A DNA stretch of 64,000 nt, from assembly GCA_965217585.1 (NCBI GenBank), contig OZ244561.1:2272001-2336000 (forward strand). The letters run 5' to 3'. This stretch comes from Candidatus Latescibacterota bacterium (lineage in GTDB: Bacteria > Latescibacterota > UBA2968 > UBA8231). Position numbers and translations under genes: made by a program. Positions 61,277 through 64,000 of the stretch are shown here, piece after piece. Every line of letters begins with the position of its first letter. Position 1 is the stretch's first letter. The notes under the pieces were generated by a model. The model ran no database searches and had not been told where the DNA came from. It saw only the letters and a list, made by a program, of their open reading frames with translations.

Positions 61277-62011
61277 ATGGTATTGAGCGAGCAACAGATC
61301 GCGTTTTTTAAGCAGCAGGGTTATTTGATTCTGGAGAACTTCATCGCGCCGGAGCAGATAGCCGCTTGGCGCGAGCAGTTCTGGCAGCACGTGGGTGGCG
61401 CTCCAGCAGACTCGGCGAGTTGGCCCGATAGCTATGTGATCGACGGGTTTGCGGTCGAACCGGCCTTTGGGCAGCTTCCGCAGATGCAGGCGGCGGTCGA
61501 GGCTATGGGCGGGGGGCAGTTTCGCGGCGGCGGCGGGTCCATGCTGGTGCAGTGGCCGAGCTTGGGAGAAGCGTGGGACTGGCCGGCCCAAGGGCATATC
61601 GACGGCTACGGGCCGGGTGGCTGGAGCGGCGGTTTTATGCTGGGGGCGACCGCCTATCTCGACGATGTGGAAGCAGGCGGCGGGGCCTTTGTTTACTGGC
61701 CGCAGAGCCATCTGCCGACCCACGCATATTTCCGCAAGCATCCCGCCCACATCGACGGCCGTTTCCGCGACCGCGAAGATTGGGAACCGCGTCAATGGGG
61801 GTTGTTTTCAGACCGCTCGCCCCAAGGGCCGGAGCAATTTGTGGCACGGGCCGGGGACGTGATTTTCTGGCACTGCTTTATGTGTCACACCGGCTCGACC
61901 AATATCCGCCCCCAGCCGCGGCTGGGGCTTTTCGCCCGCTGGCACTACGCCGAGCGCGAGGCCATGCGCTATGAGGTGCCAGAGGACCTGTGGAAGTACT
62001 GGGCGATCTAG
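61277..62011 (+). CDS. Phytanoyl-CoA dioxygenase (PhyH) family protein
   Basis: LSEQQIAFFKQQGYL, GHIDGY, WPQSH, AGDVIFWH..CHTGS; paralog of 11536-12288. Confidence 0.88.
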   Translation: MVLSEQQIAFFKQQGYLILENFIAPEQIAAWREQFWQHVGGAPADSASWPDSYVIDGFAVEPAFGQLPQMQAAVEAMGGGQFRGGGGSMLVQWPSLGEAWDWPAQGHIDGYGPGGWSGGFMLGATAYLDDVEAGGGAFVYWPQSHLPTHAYFRKHPAHIDGRFRDREDWEPRQWGLFSDRSPQGPEQFVARAGDVIFWHCFMCHTGSTNIRPQPRLGLFARWHYAEREAMRYEVPEDLWKYWAI

Positions 62012-62128
62012 AACGCCGTCCTGCGGGGCTACCCCAGCCACCGTTGAAATTTGCCCGTTTTGGCAAAATCGTATAATTTTTGTAACACTTTGTCCGCTAC
62101 TATTCACCTTTCATCCTCGGGAGCTACC

Positions 62129-62374
62129 ATGGCTAAGTCGATGTTTTCTCGGGAAGTCGCCCTCAAGCTGGAAGGCGAAATCAACGCCTTTCAAGCCTGT
62201 CGCAGCCTGTCCCACCGCGCACGAGACATTAACATAGAGCGCAAATTGCATGAAGCCGAAGGCGCAATTCCCGAAGAAGATCAGCCCAATTCGTCGGCCA
62301 GTGCCATGCTGGACTTTGCCGAGGGCCGCATCACCCTCTTGCCAGAAGAGAGTGCGGACTCAGACGAGATCTGA
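62129..62374 (+). CDS. rpoZ: Probable RNA polymerase omega subunit (divergent)
   Basis: 81 aa; NAFQAC..LSHRARDIN and SAMLDFAEGRI parallel the omega NxYxxV..AKRARQ and ALxEIxxGKI motifs; upstream TATAAT. Confidence 0.55.
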   Translation: MAKSMFSREVALKLEGEINAFQACRSLSHRARDINIERKLHEAEGAIPEEDQPNSSASAMLDFAEGRITLLPEESADSDEI

Positions 62375-62595
62375 GCCCGCCGCTAAGCTACAGCCCACCT
62401 ACGCTTCGCTGCCGTCTCCAACAAAAAATCATCGCACTATCGGTCGCGTAGCTGTGCTTGCTGACTGAGCGGAGGCTGGGAATCGGGCCGCCTGCTCGGC
62501 GGGTTTTTACGTTTTCTGCCCTCGGTGCATAGTGCTTTCACCCTTTGCCACAGCGCGAAAAAGGCGCTTCCACTAAACGCCCTAAAGGAGGCGTC

Positions 62596-63534
62596 ATGGA
62601 CCTAGGAAAAAACTGCTGTCCCCGCCGCCGTTGGGGCAAGACCGAGCTTTCCATACCCGTGATTCCATTCGGGACGCAAGGCTTTGGCGGTCACTTCGGG
62701 CCGGTCAACGACGAAGAGGCCATGGCCCTGATGCGCCGGGCCGTCGATTTGGGCGTCAATCACTTCGACTGCGCCCGCTGCTACGGCGACTCGCTGCACA
62801 AGCTGGGTCGAGCGATCAAGGAAGGCGTTATCGCCCGCAACGAGATCATCATCAGCGGGCGCGTATGCTGCCACAGTGCCGCCGCGTGGGGCGGCTACGG
62901 CGAGGGGCGGCCCGACTACTCGGCGGCGCGGGCCTTGGCCGATGTTGAAGACCAGCTAGCAATTTTGGGGATCGAGAAATTCGACGGGCTTTTCCTCCAC
63001 GATCCGCACGAGATAGAACCAACCCTTGAGGCGGGCGGCGCGCTCGAAGGGCTGGAACGGGCGCGCCAGCAGGGTGCCGTGGATTTCATCGGCTATGGCA
63101 TGAGGCCCCACGATTTTCACCTCGCGCACATTGCTTCGGGCCGCACCGACGCGATGCTGTGCTTCAACGACTACAACTTGCTCCGGCAGAGCGCAACCGA
63201 CGCTATCCTGCCCGCGGCCGCGGCTGCCGACCTCGGAGTACTCAACGGCTGGTCGATCATGCGCGGCTGGCTGACGGGCGTGCCCGTGGAGCACTTTATA
63301 CCACGCGACAAGTGGGGCGAAGATCAGCATCGGGCCGAGGCCATGCGCTTGTGGTGCAGCGAACAGGGCATCGACATGCTGGAACTGACGTTGCAATTTT
63401 GCCTACGAGAGGAACGGATCCACGGCAACCCAATCGGCTCGCTGAACATCGAGCAGCTAGAGCGAAACGTCGCGGCTGCCATGGCCACTGTAGCGGACGA
63501 AACCATTGCCGCATTTAGGGGCGCGGCGCTTTGA
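62596..63534 (+). CDS. Aldo/keto reductase
   Basis: RRRWGKTEL, GVNHFDCARCYG, LFLHD, IGSLNIEQLERN; AGGAGG RBS. Confidence 0.9.
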   Translation: MDLGKNCCPRRRWGKTELSIPVIPFGTQGFGGHFGPVNDEEAMALMRRAVDLGVNHFDCARCYGDSLHKLGRAIKEGVIARNEIIISGRVCCHSAAAWGGYGEGRPDYSAARALADVEDQLAILGIEKFDGLFLHDPHEIEPTLEAGGALEGLERARQQGAVDFIGYGMRPHDFHLAHIASGRTDAMLCFNDYNLLRQSATDAILPAAAAADLGVLNGWSIMRGWLTGVPVEHFIPRDKWGEDQHRAEAMRLWCSEQGIDMLELTLQFCLREERIHGNPIGSLNIEQLERNVAAAMATVADETIAAFRGAAL

Positions 63535-63552
63535 ACAGGAGAAACCACGCGC

Positions 63553-64000
63553 ATGAGCGCTGCTGAAGAGTACTACGCGCAGACGATGGAGTTGTTGCAA
63601 CGTCTGCGCGACACCCAAATGGACTCTATAGACCAAGCCGCCGAAATCTGCACCGAGAGCATTGCCAACGGCGGGTTGGTCTTTCTCTTTGGTGCCGGAC
63701 ACTCGCGGATGATGTGCGAGGAAATGACGCCGCGCCAGGGATGTTTCGTGGGCTTTTTTGCGTTGGTCGAGCTAGCAGTATCGACCCATGCGTCAATCGT
63801 CGGCACCAACGGATTGCGCGGACCGCTCTTTTTGGAGAAGTACGAAGGCTACGCCGAGGAGATTCTGCAAGGATTCGAGTTCGGGTCGCACGATGCCTTT
63901 ATCTTGATTTCGACCAGCGGCATTCGGCCCCTGATCGTCGAGATGGCCATGGGCGCTAAGGCGCGCGGCTTGCCCGTGGTCGCCATGCTGTCGAAGCCGC
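63553..64000 (+). CDS. SIS-domain sugar isomerase family protein (partial, runs off the window)
   Basis: MSAAEEYY...IDQAAEICTESIANGGLVFLFGAGHSRM...ILISTSG; AGGAG RBS. Confidence 0.85.
   Translation, partial: MSAAEEYYAQTMELLQRLRDTQMDSIDQAAEICTESIANGGLVFLFGAGHSRMMCEEMTPRQGCFVGFFALVELAVSTHASIVGTNGLRGPLFLEKYEGYAEEILQGFEFGSHDAFILISTSGIRPLIVEMAMGAKARGLPVVAMLSKP

Overview
This is a GC-rich bacterial chromosomal window. Housekeeping and cofactor genes include pdxS/pdxT, acnA, ubiD, modABC, mtnP, a cdaA-ybbR fusion, a probable rpoZ and tRNA-Glu(TTC). They are mixed with expanded catabolic families: 4 mandelate-racemase-type enolases, 3 PhyH dioxygenases, 2 Gfo/Idh/MocA oxidoreductases, 2 TIM-barrel epimerases, GH88, a lyase-like protein and a sulfatase. 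This content, plus a YPNPFNP C-terminal sorting domain and Ig/ankyrin-repeat proteins, suggests a Latescibacterota/Poribacteria-like organism, possibly a sponge symbiont (inference only). An accessory stretch at about 41.4-57.2 kb holds a deleted gap, a SWIM gene flanked by diverged direct repeats, two RES-Xre toxin-antitoxin pairs, a macrodomain gene, an ankyrin-inserted acyltransferase, a DUF455-ATP-grasp fusion and an IS4 remnant. The most novel-looking item is a COMMD-like domain fused to an Xre/MbcA antitoxin, directly upstream of a RES toxin (45756-47476). Also notable are a structured ~190-nt leader before a repeat-rich Ig surface protein, a tandem triplet of tail-anchored coiled-coil genes, and several genes broken by 1-nt or internal deletions. 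All family calls come from recognising motifs by eye; no database search was run.
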